The notes below the pieces were generated by a model that saw nothing but the letters and a program-made list of their open reading frames with translations, ran no database searches and was not told the DNA's origin. Below are positions 14,401 to 44,400 of a stretch of DNA of 64,000 nt, piece by piece (the first letter of the stretch is position 1; each line of letters begins with the position of its first letter). Source of the stretch: Tubiluchus corallicola (Eukaryota; Animalia; Priapulida); assembly GCA_030141605.1 (NCBI GenBank), contig JAQGDQ010000832.1, positions 26,601 through 90,600 of the forward strand, given 5' to 3'. The translations under genes were made by a program, and so were the position numbers.

Positions 14401-16945
14401 CTGTGCAAAAATTTTGGTAAAACAGTATTTACTGAGCCTGCAGACAAGCAAAAATGTCAAACAAGCTGTTGCAGATAGATTTTGCATCCTGTACTAAACA
14501 AAGAAAAAAGGGGGTACCATGCTGCATTTATAGTCTCTTCACAATGAACACATTCATGCAGCTAAACACTCATTCAGCTGATTTGCTTAATCTCAGCATG
14601 ATTACGGGCATAGTTATTAAAGCTGATCAGAATAACTACAAGATTATATTTTAAAAATCAATAGGTTTTTCAATGCTACTTCAGTTCTGCATATCTATAT
14701 TTTATGACACTTGAAAGACACAAAAATATACAAAACTAGTAGCAGCTGTAAAACTGATATCACATTTAACACACATCACACAAACACTGTTATACTGTAT
14801 CACATTTCCCATAACTAAACATTTATTGTTCTAAACATAGGTTAGTATCAATATTTAAGATGATCACCTCTTCCAGAGTTTCTACATTACCATAAAACAA
14901 ACACTTTACGAGACTGAAATGTTTGTCTACCTTTACCACGCTTACAAAAGGCATGAATCAATGTATAAATGAGTGAAAAATAAATGAATAAATACACAAA
15001 TTAATAACTGAATAACTCAATGCACTAATAAAAAAACAGATGAATGAATCATGAAAACAATTAGCAATTCGTACGCTGAATGCGCTTCGCATATCCTAAA
15101 AAATGTTCATTCAATGAATTATATGAAGAAAATTAACTGACATGTGCTCAACGTAACACTGCCACAGGAAATAACAGTACCATATTGGAACAGCATGTAA
15201 TGTGTGTTGTGTGTTTATTGTGATAACCAATTTAACTGTAAGCAGCTATTTCAAACTAATCACAAGAAAAGGTGAAGACTAGAAATAATTATAATCAACA
15301 AGAAAAAATGGGTGGACATGAGAAATATGACAATATTATACTCAAACAGCTGGCAGCCATTAAAATGAAGACTAGATCCAGAGAATAATCACAAGTACAA
15401 CATTCCTGCTTTTAAATTCCAGATGGCAATTTGCTATCAAGAACACAGGCCATTAGAAAGTTACTTATTATATTCATCAAGAAATGGAAATAGATAATAA
15501 CGGAAAAATACAATAATCGACTGTAACTGATTGGTTAATGTTTGGGTAGATAAAAGTAACAAATATACGTTGTATCCAACAACTGGAAGTTTGCAATGGC
15601 TGATTACACAACGAGTGCAAATAGTTTGCAAGTGAACGATAAAAGTTAATTGACAAACATTAAACGTTAAAATGCAATGTGTTTACAACTAATGCTATTC
15701 TACTTCCTGAGTCATGTTAAAAAAATAACATCATGGAAGATTATAATTGTTGAAGACTAATGTTATTATAAGACACTTAAATTAATAAGTACAGTAACAA
15801 TGCGCACAGTGACACTGTCCAACATGCCACTCTGTCTCATGAAGCAATGCCGTGCATATATTGTAACTTAGGAAATACTTTTTCTTCATTAGGATATTCC
15901 AAGACTTCTTAATGCTGACTTTTACAATTAAAGATCTGTACGAAATAATGAAACGTGCCATCACTACTGCAAAGATGACTGATTTCTTATTATTACTATG
16001 ACACAACTAATACATGCATTTCTCCCACTTCCCTGCACAATTCTATACCAACTTATTACATAAACTATATATATTATATCTTGATTATATAGTGAAATGT
16101 CTCTTACATAGGCCGCAACTCATAACTTACTGCAACAGCGCTTTGTCTCTTACGTATGTTGTGCAGTGAAATACAGTAACAAGTCAAACACGACAAATGT
16201 AGAAATGCTAAGCTTCCACAAAGAAGAGTAATAAACCTATGCACCTGCATCCTGTAAATTATCATCATTTATCATAGTACTAATACAAGTGATAATTCAA
16301 AATAGTTAGCACATAAATATTTGGGCAAACTACTAAAAAGTTTACTTTATTCATTTAAAAGTGATAATTCAAATGCAAACTAATTAAAGCTGCAATGTGT
16401 TCCCATCTTCCCAGAAGAGTAGATACAAGTAATTTTGCATGAAATGTGATAAGTTTTTGATATAGCAGGATTAACGAACCAGTAAAATGACCATGCTCTG
16501 ACGAGGATAATGAAAATAGAAAATTACTAAAAATGAGTATTGTTTTATCAAGTACTAATTAACACAGCACTAAACTGGAACCAATACGAATGTAACAGGT
16601 AAGTGAAGAAACAGAGAACAAGAAGAAGCATGGTTACTGTGGTGCAACATTTTTTCTTTTCTTCAAACAGCAGCAATGATTCACATTGAAAACCGGGAGT
16701 AGGCATATTATCCATACATAATAGTAAGAAATAAGTGAGTCTTCCTTCATACAAATACCAAATGAAAACTGCTATCATTCATTCAAAAATTTGCTTACGC
16801 ATTATTTCATAGTTACCAGAGCTATAGCACTTAACTGACTACCTAATAAATTAAAAAAAAATAACTTGTCATATGTCGGATACTTAAAAAAAGTGTCATA
16901 TACTTGTTCGTAACGGCAATTTTAAAATGAGTTCTAGTAAAGGAG

Positions 16946-32633
<15,688 letters not shown>

Positions 32634-34179
32634 TTATATCAGGTAAATTTTATTATTCTGACTGATACTAATAAATTGTTCAGCAGCTCATAAATAATTC
32701 CATTAGTAGAAATCTGAAAGCATTCAAAAGACATACTAAGCACAATTTGTACAAAACACAGCAGCAGTGCACAAATAATTTACGAAAATTTATAATTACC
32801 TTAGAAATGTCACAGTTTAATATCATTCAATCAGTAAATGCCTTATGAAGTAAATAAAAAAAGTTCAGGAAAACTCATTAATAAATATTGCTATTTTTGC
32901 CCTCCAATGATTTTAAGAAATGTAGTAGCCAACTGCCATACATAGTAACCTAATTTACTAGTGATATGGTACAGAACTTTGGATGAGCAAATAAAATCTG
33001 CACAGTCCGATAGAAAAATGTCGACACAAGACAAATACTGCCTGCAACTAGCAATGACTTCAGCACTACTATCCTTTATACGCTTATGAAAACGTAACAG
33101 TAACTAAATCAACAAATGTTAGCTACATGAAAGAAAACAACAAAAACCATAATAATCAGTCTTACTACGATCCTCTAAAACCAATGTATATAGCAACGTG
33201 TATAAATAAAATAGCGACTATCATACAAAGTGAGAAGAAACAGGATAATACAAGCCTTCACTGAAGCCAGTTAGATCCACAAAATTGCCACCAGCTGCAG
33301 CTTATACTGGCACATTTGTTATCTTTAAAGACATAATCATGCATACTAAACACAATAAGCGATAATTTTACTAAGAGCAAGGAAGTCCTAAAAATTTAAA
33401 AAACTACAAACAGAGTAGCCTAATAAGTCAAAGTATGCAACATTCAGGCTGCATAATCCTCTATATACATCTACATATTCTCTGAGATATTGTAAACAGC
33501 TACAACTACTTGGCAAACAATTTTGCCGCTTTAGGAACTCAATTCTTTTTCACATTTGGCTTGAAACAAGTTTCTTAACTCACAGTTTATCTAATTAGAA
33601 ATTTTTACCACCCCTCAAAGCAGGAATTTGGCCTATCTTTAAATCAAGAAATTGAACAAGTACATATTTTTAAAGGTAACAACTTATAACAGCTAATAGA
33701 TCAGTCATGAAAGCTCAAAGTTCTAAAAGAACAGACATTATTATACACGCGAACTCTTAGCTTCACTTCGTATCATCATATACTGTCTTGACAGAGATAA
33801 AAACATCAAGGTTAAGACTAAGACTTGCTACTTAAAGCATACTTGGATCTTCTCCCATTGAATCTTTCCCATCGAAATAATATTTAAATCTCGAAAGATC
33901 AGTCATATCATATATACATTCATACATGCACGCCTTTCACTCCATTAATATATGGTATTGCAAGGAACTTTTTTATTAACGGAAGGATTAACAGCTACTT
34001 AGGTCTGCTACTCTATTCATACAGTACAAACTATGGACAAAAACAGAGTAACACGTCAGAATGTCTTCGTGAATGACGTAACGCGTGAAAACCAGGTAAA
34101 CCGAAACCAGAAAGTGTTTTTGCTGGAAGCCAGCTTTGTGTTAGCATTGTTGAGAAAATTACTTATAGAATTTAGCATC

Positions 34180-34249
34180 CTCAAAATTTGGTGCCCTAGG
34201 TAACTGCCTAGTTTTTTCATCTAGTTTGCCCAGTGGTAAGCAGACCCTG
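34180..34249 (-). mobile_element. hAT terminal fragment, same family as the end at 29833
   Basis: Reverse complement CAGGGTCTGCTTACCACTGGGCAAACTAG...CTAGGCAGTTACCTAGGGCACCAAATTTTG versus CAGGGCTGGCTCTACCACTAGGTAAACTAGGCAGTTGCCTAG at 29833. Confidence 0.55.
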
Positions 34250-35254
34250 ACTAAATGTGAAGTTATTTTTTTCGGGGTTTAGTGCATGTAAGGTTGCAGT
34301 AAACTAAGAAGCGCATGCTGTATGACATTTTTTATGATAGCTGTGGCAGGACCAGAATCTAGCAGTCAAGAATATTGCTCTAAAGATGAAACAATGACAA
34401 ACAGTGAAGCTTAGCCACAATTAAATACAAGATTAAAAAAGTTCAATTTGTTCTCAGGCAAAGTACTTCTTAGTTTTATTAATTTTTCAGACTACATAGC
34501 TACACATTTTTATAGTTATACTATTAGATCTAATTTAATCTATAGGATGTTACATGAACGCGAAAAACGTTATTACTAATTATAATCCTACTAAGTCAGA
34601 AAATATTCACACAGACAGCCAAAAATTTGAGCAAGTCCCGACTCGTACAATCTCGTCCAACAAGTCAAATGGCAAGCCCGATTTCTAATTTTCCTATTTT
34701 ACACGACATCTAATAAAATTTGTCAGATTTAGCTGAATAACTTTTTGTCTGGTCATGTAAACCGATTCTTGACACTCATTCTTCTGACAGTCCGATTTTA
34801 ATATGTGAATTGGGCGTAATAACTTCATACATCACCTGTTCCGTGGCTTCCCCAATTAGTCTCTAGGCAATAATAATTTAATAATAATAATTAATATATT
34901 TAAAAACCTAAAATTTTCCATTGTGATAAACTTCTCCTTTTCAGGCTTTTGTGTTGATTAAAGCATCTACGTGAACATTTTGTCGATAGACTTTGATGTA
35001 GAGAACTCCACTACTAGACTATCACAACCAAAGCAAAAAGTTTGATTAACGTGAACACAATAGCCTAAGCGGCACACGTCATTTTGACTTTCACCTATCA
35101 GGATAGATAATTAATGTCACTAATGAAATTCTTGGTCAGCAGAAATTCCAAGTAAACAAAATCACTTTAAACGTCATGGAAAATCAGCAACAACAGTTAT
35201 TACTAACTATATGAGCAATCAGTACTATTTATCAAAAAAAATATCAAAAATACC

Positions 35255-35428
35255 GTACATTTACGCTGCAGCCATCTTTTGGCGTTCATCCAATTTGTGT
35301 AAAACACGGATGAAACCTCCACTGGGCGGAGCCACTTTATTCTAGAGAAAAAACAAGTGAACGGTTACTGACAAAGGTGAGGCAACGAAGAATAAAAGTA
35401 TTCGTGAGAACTGTACTGATTTTAGAAA
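35255..35428. promoter_or_regulatory. putative bidirectional promoter for ACSL (-) and TMEM256 (+)
   Basis: YY1-like GCCATCTTT 35271-35279, CCAAT 35290-35294, GC box GGGCGGAGC 35324-35332; candidate minus-strand donors at about 35264 and 35253 that could join the acceptor at about 32714 upstream of the ACSL ATG. Confidence 0.45.
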
Positions 35429-38400
35429 ATGTCTCGAAATATTGGAAGTTCTCGTCCTTGCAAAGGTGAAGTAGGTTTACTTAAAGGATGTAAATGGCTA
35501 GGACCAACTGGTGTTATGACGTTAGGATGCCCTAGCCGCTGTTTCTTTAGGATGGGCGCTGCTTCAGGTGCCGTAGCAATGATAATGGGCGCTTACGGAG
35601 CACATGGTGGTGAGTCTATTATTGTAGAATTGGAAAAACTGAGTATTGTGTTAACTGCACTGGCTTATATGCTCCACAATATTATTTTCGTAACTATGAA
35701 ATACATAGCCTAGTTTATCATTTAAATTTTATTAGCGAATACCGGCGCTATTACACTTTCGCACCTCCTTAGTTTTTTCTAGGTTACTACTCGTTTCTAA
35801 GCTCGTTGGTCATTATTCTATTAATTATTCTCACGTCATCAGTGAATGTTTTCTTACTAGTTTATGCATTATCAGGGCTTAGCTTAAAAGGCACGTGACA
35901 CACTTTTATCTTAACCGCATTTACGAAATAAAGAAAAAACCTTTGCTTTTATAATCTAATAATACTACAGTAATGAATAAAATTAATGATAAATAACTGT
36001 AGTCGTCTAAAATAATTTCCTCACATATGCCAGCTTCGGTCTGACTATACAGTGAAGAAGAAACAAAAAATTCGGGAAGTCTTTTGAAGAAAAGATAATG
36101 ATTGACACAGGACTATAATGGCATTTTAGGTTTATATACTCATTATCACCACCTTTATTGCAATGTTATTTTTATCGTTATCATCATCACTACCACTATT
36201 CTGATGCCATCGAAACAGCGAAGATACCGCGATAAATATTTTACATTAATATTTTTGAAGTAGCAAGGGAACACTGTAATACGATACAAACTCCCGTGGC
36301 TGCAACCATAATAATCATAAATTATGCAAAGAAAGTAAAAATACAGGTTAAGGACCACATACGTCACTGCGCGAGAGCGATTGCACATGAGTGGTGTAAA
36401 CACAGTTATTCACGTGGAGCTTCTTGCGTGTTGGTGACGGTAAGTAATATATGACTTTAATCTGGAATTGTAAGGCCTATAAAGCAATAATATTATGGGA
36501 ATATGGTATATATTACGCCTGTTGGTCTGCTTTCTGGCCTGCAGGCGTGAAAACAAACAATAAGCCAGAAAAAACTAGGAGGTCTGAAAGTGTAATAGCG
36601 CCGCGAATACCTTATCCAAAGGAATAAGCACGTAGATGGTAACTACCTGGAAAGGGTCCTCTCTCGTATGCCTTTTGAAACTGTCAACTGATTAAGCACT
36701 GAAGGTTGATGATGAAAGATGATTCCATGGTTGAACTATGTGATGCCGAAAGGAGTGTGATCTGATGTTGGTTCTAGCTGGTTGCACAAATAACTTAGAC
36801 TCATGACCACGAAGACTCTGTGAGGCCTAGAAAAAATCTGACTTTGTCAGAACAGTGTTTCCACTAATTATTTTGAAGCAGTTCACAAGGTCTAAGTTTC
36901 ACGCATTTGCTCGACACTAAAATCAAAGTGGAATCCAAATCAATAGCAAGATGAGTACATCTGTGGACGTCCTGAGTTCTTTAGAGAACATTCTTGAGAG
37001 TAACATACTGGTGTGACCATACAACCGATACATATTCCAAAATGGGTTGAACAACAGCTTTAGAGAGAGAAATAAGTACTGCTGCATTTCTTGATATCAC
37101 ACGGTTTGCTTTTGCAATGATATGGTTCACATGGGAATTCCATTCGAAGTCATGAGAAATCATTACTCCCTAGTATCTAATACAACTTTTTTCAGCCATT
37201 TCAGTATTATTTAAAAAGTAAGGTGTAATAGATTTAGGGCGTATTCTAAGTAAAACACATTTACTGTGTTTAAGGGTTATCAACCATTTGCTGCACTAGT
37301 CTAAAATTTTATCCAAGTCATGTTGTAAAATATAACAATCAAGATCGACAATATTGCCCATCTTAGCAGTTGGGTCTTAATAACTATTGGGTGGCATAGA
37401 AAAGATGCGCAGAAGTTTAGAATGTCATTTATGTTAAGAAAAAATGGACAGAATCAAGCGGTTCATTAGCAAAAAATTTTGTAGAAAGCGTGATAGTGAT
37501 GTGAATTTCTATCAGGTTGCTGGTGGGTTGTATTATATAGATCACCTAGCTGGTAGTACCATTGAAAATGATGACACATTAGAAAATACATACAAGATCA
37601 GGGAGATTCGCATATATACTTGTTACTTTACTGGTGATTTAATTCATCCAAAAGTCAATTGGGAGATGAAATATCACCAAAAGATGTAATACAGCATCAA
37701 TTTCCCTACAAAACAGTGAGAGGCACCTTTTTAAATGAGCATTTGTGTAGATTTACACATTACGGGGGTGGTCAAACACCAAACATGCATGATTTTATAC
37801 ATATACATATATATATATACATACATATGTGTGTGCATATATATATATATATGAACATCATTATTGTACAATAATATAATATTACTGTACAACAATATGA
37901 TGATTGCATTATTATAATAATACAGTAAAATAGTAATATGATAATAACAGTAAGCGTTTTATAAATATAGTCAGTTATTGATTAGTTAAATATTATTAGT
38001 ATATGAAGAAGTATGTCTCCTAGTTGTTAGTATAATTACAGAGAAGCAATTTGGTAATTTTTTTACTTAAACTGCAAATGGATTTACATTTTTTAATACT
38101 GGGATCTAATGAGTTCCAGATTTTTATGCCTTGAAATTGGATTGTGTTGATTCCATGAGTTGAATCATACCTTGGGGTAAAGTAATAGCCCTTGTTTGCT
38201 GTTCTAGTGGAGTATTGGTGGATTTCAGTTAGTGGGTTAAAGCAATGTTTAAATATTTATGGATAAAGTATTTTTTCATATCGACACATAAATTTAATCA
38301 GTTCCAATTGGTGAATGTTTTGTATTTTTAACAGTTGTGATTTAATAAATAATGCAGTGGCAAACTGCAAATGGATTTACATTTTTTAATACTAGGATCT

Positions 38401-41400
38401 AATGAGCTCCAGATTTTTATGCCTTGAAATTTGATTGTGTTGATTCATGAGTTGAATCATACCTTAGGGTAAAGTAATCGCCCTTGTTTGCTGTTCTAGT
38501 GGAATATTGATGGATTTCAGTTAGTGGGTTAATGTAATGTTTAAATATTTTGGACAAAGTATTTTTTCATATCGACACATAAATTTAATCAATTCCAATT
38601 GGTGAATGTTTTGTATTTTTAACAGTTGTGATTTAGTAAATAATGCCGTGGCATGATCTCAAAAGCCAGCAAAAGTTATAATATTTACTAATTTATTTTG
38701 TACACTTTAAGTCACTTTTTAAAAGTTTGAAGTAGTTGAGTTGGCTAGCATAATATGCAATAATACAAGTAAAGGAAGGTTAGTGAATTATACAATATTC
38801 AAGAACAAACATTATCAAGAAAATACCGTAGTTTGCACAAATACCTATAAGTTTATTTACTTAATAAATTATAGATTTTATATGGATTTTTCATAAATAA
38901 ATACACTTCATAGGTAAGGCTTAAAAAATTGTTTTAGAATTTATATCACCTACTACTGTGTTAGTGCATTCAGAGCTGGTATTAGCAGCAATGCTGTATA
39001 AAACATGAAGATTTAAGCTCACATGATGACTGCTAGGTGCTGCAATTTTGGCGGTAGGTTGTTTGAAACCAGTTTAGGTAAAATTACACGATTATGGTAA
39101 AATTTGAAAAAATAATCAAAGCATTCGTAGCACACAAATTATCTACCTGACTTGTCAGTAAAATTAAAAATTTGTTTTTTGGTAAGTCAACAGTACACGT
39201 TTGGGAAAGTAAGTCAAGGGTGTTAACAGTATCGATAATTATCGATTATCGCATCGACACGAAAAATTTGTTTTTATTGTTCTTGTATTGCACAGTGGTA
39301 TTCTAGGAATATCGGTATCGTATCGAATTTGGCACGTATCGTTGCTTATCGCTTACCTTTATGAAATCGTTTCACTTTTCTACATATTTATATACATTAA
39401 TTACTCAAAGAAATGGATAAAAAGAATTATTTACAATAATAAGCTTGTCAGATGCAGAATCTTTTTTTTTGTACTTTCGCCTGACAATAACAGCTATCAT
39501 CAGTCTGAAACAACTGTTGACCACTTTTATTTATTAAGGGAAGCATTGCATGTGCAACACCTAAAATCGACTTCATGATAGGTTAATTAACTACTTTGTT
39601 TTGTTTTTCGAAAGTTCTAGTTCATAGACTTACAGATATCTTTAGCACTTTTCTTTGTACTTTGTTTTTTCATGTATTTATTTTCTTGCATTCAATTGGA
39701 AGTCTTTTCACAAAGCTTCCACATTCTATCATGTTGAGAAAATTCTGTAAATATAGTATGGCACCAAGCCCTCGTCTATAATCTAGACTAACAAACACGT
39801 ATGTAAATTATGATAGGCGTATGTGGATGACTTCTTGATGGCTTGCTGACAGTTTTCACAATTTAGTTTAGAAGAAAGAAAAAATAGAATGCTTAATGAT
39901 ATGTTTTTCACCTTTTTTTGGTCATTATATTTTTGCTCTAAGGCATTGTTAAATGATTTCTGAGTTTCTTTTTACAATCTTCATAACTTGATGAGTGTGT
40001 TAATAAAGGATGATTGAATTATTGTATAATATTTATGCAAACAAATGTTTTCTAAATTTTTTTGTAGCTTTCAAGAACAAGGAACCAGGAGATGAAACTG
40101 AAAAGCTGAAACTGGTAAATCATTTTATTTAAACATAAAGATTAATTTTGTTAGCAGTTAAACCATAAAATGCATTTTGTGAAAATTCTGCATTACCAGA
40201 CTTCCAATGCAAGACCAAATTTCATGTCGTTCTATTGACAAAAAATAATATGAAGCTGAAGCAGTTTAGCTGTAATTAACAACATATGCATGGGTATAGC
40301 TGCGGTATTAGTTACACTACTGGGGGCAGTTTTAATCTAATTTTAGCATTTACAAAAATGCAGACAGGAAATTCTAATGTGGCTATTATAAAATTTAATA
40401 TGGTATATTTGCATTTTCGTACTTTTAAAAATGTATAAAAGTGCTACACTCCAGCAATTTGGTATGTATTTGGCAAGCTCATCTTACATGTTGAAGAAAA
40501 TTAGTTTTTAGTTTTACCATAGTTTTTTATTTATTATCAATACAGTGGCCGCCGCTTATTATGGACACGGTTATTGTGGACAGCCGGTTATTGTGGACAA
40601 CTCGCGAGGGACGGAATTTTCCCCTAATAAAATCCGCCGGTTAATATGGACAACCGCCGCTTAATATGGACAGCGAACATTCTTGGCACGTGAACCAGCC
40701 CTGCCAACCACGGCCTGCGCGCCCGCTCTGCTGCCTGTGTGAGTCATTGCATCAGTCAGTTCGACGTTTGCAGTGGCCTTGAGAGCTTCGAAACTGTGAT
40801 AACTTCCTTCCGTTCAAGGTTGAGAGAAAAGTTTCCTGCCAAACAAACTCGTCTGACTTCTTTTTTTCAATAAAACAGGAGACGAGTTGATACAGACAGT
40901 TTTTTGCCTTTTTTAATGAAGGGGAAGGGTCTTCATGGGTCACTTCGCTTAATATGGACAGCCGCTTAATATGGACATACACTGCTGGCCCGAGGTGTCC
41001 ACAATAAGCGGCGGCCACTGTACTAGTTATTATTTAAATAAATTAATGTTTGGACAAATTGAATGAAATGTACTACTTGCTGTTGAGTGAAAATTCGTAA
41101 CTTTAATATGGTCATGAAAGTCTATTGACGCATTGAACATTCGATATAAAATAGCTACTAGCGATACAAGTTTTTTTAACAGAGTAAATCATCTGCAAAT
41201 TTGGCATATTGTCTTAATTGTTATTCATAAATCTACACTTACAAAAGAATTATATTTGCAAATTTAACATATTGTAATAAATATTTTTCATAAATCTTTC
41301 ATATTTCATTGTAATAATGTACCAGATGTATTTGCAATGCTAGGTAAAAAAAATACGTTGGATTGTATATTGTAATTGAAACAGCCAGTGTTTTCAACGA

Positions 41401-44400
41401 ATTTCCATGACAACTCATTGCTGATTATTTTTAGCTCTTGCAAAGTTGTTTTCGTCTTTTCAGATTTATTTTAGGGCACATGCTGTACATCTGGCCCACT
41501 CTTTGGCTTTACTGATAGTTCCACTGACAGGAAGACCTTGTGTGGTACGTTTTTTACAACCACTTTAATAGATGATAGCTATTATCTTGATAATTTCTAC
41601 ATTCTATCTTGTGTTAATTTATTCTGCATTGTCGAATTGTTGAAACTGAGACATTTCAGTATGTACTTGTTCTTAATTTGCATTAAACTATTTTAACTGA
41701 AAACGATTTCTTTATGTTTTTGTCACCTAAAATTTCAAGAAAAATTCCCTACTTATTTATGTTTTGGAAGTAAATACCCTAGCAACTGGGCTGCCAAAAG
41801 GGCAAGGCAACCTAGGCGATTCTCTAGGGCCTCGCATTTTAAGGGGCCCTGCACTTTGACCCTCAAAATTTTTTTATATCTCCTACCTGCTTATTGGACA
41901 CAAATCCCTGAATCCATTTGCGTCAACGTCCATTACCGTGAATCTAGTTAGATTCCCACAGATCTTACCTGAATGCTACGAAAAGAAGAAGTACTGGCAC
42001 TAAGCTTACTTTTTCACTCTGTGCCTTATGCTAACTCGTATGCTGCCATATTGCGCTTGTGAAGTCATTTAATTACTTTCCAAGTGTCATTGGTGCACTG
42101 CACTTTTCAATCAGTGCTGCATGTAAAAATCATAGGGTTCTATGCTCTTCGCTGACTATTAGAATAATGGAATTGAGCGAGTCGCTGATGTGCCTATTGA
42201 AATAAACAAGTATTTTATAATCAATGACAGCATAGGAAAGTATCTTCTGAGAGCCCTGATGAGCATCTGAAGTTATTAGGTCTATCAATAAAGGATATCA
42301 GGGGCTAAGGTTATGACAATGGAGCAAACATGAAAGGTTACAAAAGCGGTGTCTAGGCTCGCCTTCTGGAAGAGAACCAAAGAGCCTTCACACCATGTGC
42401 CTGCCATGGTTACAAACTGGGCTTCTTGGAGATATGGCCAAATCAATTCAGCGATTTGTATGTATTGTTTTATGTTTCAACCAAAAGGTGGACAATTTTT
42501 CCGAAAACTGTGTCTGGATTATCTGTGAAACCACTGTCTGAAACTTGATGGGAGTACAGAATCGACTGCGTGAAACCTTTTCGCTATCAACTGTCCGCCA
42601 TTTCTGAAGCACTTCTTGAAGTTAATGCTGCTGCCACAAAGCTGATCACTAGCAAGTCTAGTTGGCGAGATCGACTTTTTAGGACTTCAACATTAACAAC
42701 CGGCAACATTAATGTGGCCAGGAGACTTCTACAAAATACAGATTGTCATCTTGGTGTTGCAGTTGATACGTTCAAAAAAACTTCGTTGTGGCTAAAAGAG
42801 TACAGAAACACTGGTTTTTCTAGTGCTGTCACTTATCCTAAAGAGCTTGCCAAAGGGACATGGTGATATTTTCTCAAATCCTGAAGATTTATTTCGAATA
42901 GAATTCTTCAACACTGTTGTCGACCGCGCGATAGTCAGCCTCGACAAACGATTCGAACAGCTGTCAGGACACCAGAATAAGTTTGGATTTGTTTATAGCT
43001 TTTGGCATCTCACAAAATTTGAACTGCAGAAATACTGCAAAGATTTGGAAAACATACTGGGTAGTGATTGACAGAACCTGATAGTCGGGGGTATTGATGG
43101 TAGCATTCTGGCTGATGAAATGTTCTCAATTAAGACACTTTTGACAAGCGAGCTTTCGGGTGATCCAATAAAATTGCTGAACTATCTTCATGTAAACAAT
43201 TTGTAAGAAAATGTTCCTAATCTTTCTATAGCTCTGCATGTGCTGCTGTCAATACCAGTAACTGTGGCAGCTGGAGAAAGGAGCTTTTCTAAGCTAAAAC
43301 TGATGAAGACATTTCTTAGGTCAATGTTGCTTCAGGAAAGACTGACTAATTTAGCTATCCTTTCCTGTGAAAATGAGGTTGGAAAAGAACTTGATGCGCA
43401 GAAGATTGTGAGTGATTTCACCTCAAGGATCGCCTGAAAAGTTAACTTACCACTATGAAGTAGAGTACTTTAGTATGTTCACTTGTGTGTTTTTGGAATT
43501 CAGTGTGTACAGTTTAGTAGGCTCTAAAGAACTGTAATAAAAATTCTAAATGCAAATGTATAATGTTCTTTTCGTTTTAGCTAGGAAATACACTTTAATT
43601 GCCTTAAAATTCATAGAATTTACCTTATTTTTCAAAATTTTTCAGGAGGCTTCATCCCCCCAACCCCCCACCAGGGGCTTTGCCCTGGGCCCCATTGGTA
43701 CTTTGCCATCAAACCCCCTTCGCTAGGGCCTCACATTTCCTTTCACCAGCCCTGCCTGGTAAAGTGTGTTTCATGGCATCATTCCTCAACTGACAACTAA
43801 TATTTTATTATTACAAAACATGCAAAAAATGCGTACCTGTATTAGGGAAAACATGCCAACTGCCGATGTTTGGCAAGGCCTTTGAAGTGTATCTTGCAAA
43901 ATCTGAAACTGTTAGTACTTCAATCACAGGCCTCAGCTCAGATTATTACAAGGCAATATAATTTTGTAATGTAAGCTGTTAAAATTTTATGTTCTTTAGT
44001 AAATTGGTATAGGTGGTATAACAGATGGTAATGGATGTTATGACTCTAGGGTAGGATTTGCCTTGGTATGAATTGCTTGTCTATCAAAATACTGTATTTA
44101 AATACATGATATCTTATTATTCAAGATAATTACTGCCTAATACTACAATGTTCTTGAACTAGCCTATTTTAATATGACCAAGATCAGGTAATAGCGAAGT
44201 ATTATATTTCGGTAACTAAACACTTGGTCATGTACCATTTGGCTAAGTTACTTTTTTGCTTTGCAAGGCCAAAATTAAATATTTTCATAAAATAATAATG
44301 AAAACTTTGTCTCCAATTGACATAAAGCAACAGGTAATCTGTGAGATTTTGTGATGAAGTGATTGAGTTAGTCCCATACGTATAGGTTTGTATGGAAATC

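Noticed and set aside
11414-16945. ORF-track ORFs between WDFY2 and ACSL
   Set aside because: They are low-complexity translations of AT-rich sequence with no motifs or splice-consistent structure; likely 3' UTR.
40543-40680. Short repeated TTA(T/A)T(G/A)TGGACA units resembling a CRISPR array
   Set aside because: The context is eukaryotic, spacing is irregular and short, there are no cas genes, and the units are subterminal repeats of a TA-flanked MITE.
42570-43437. Domesticated ZMYM1/ZBED-like host gene
   Set aside because: Multiple stops and frameshifts, and it is bounded by TIRs and a degenerate TSD, so it is a dead hAT copy.
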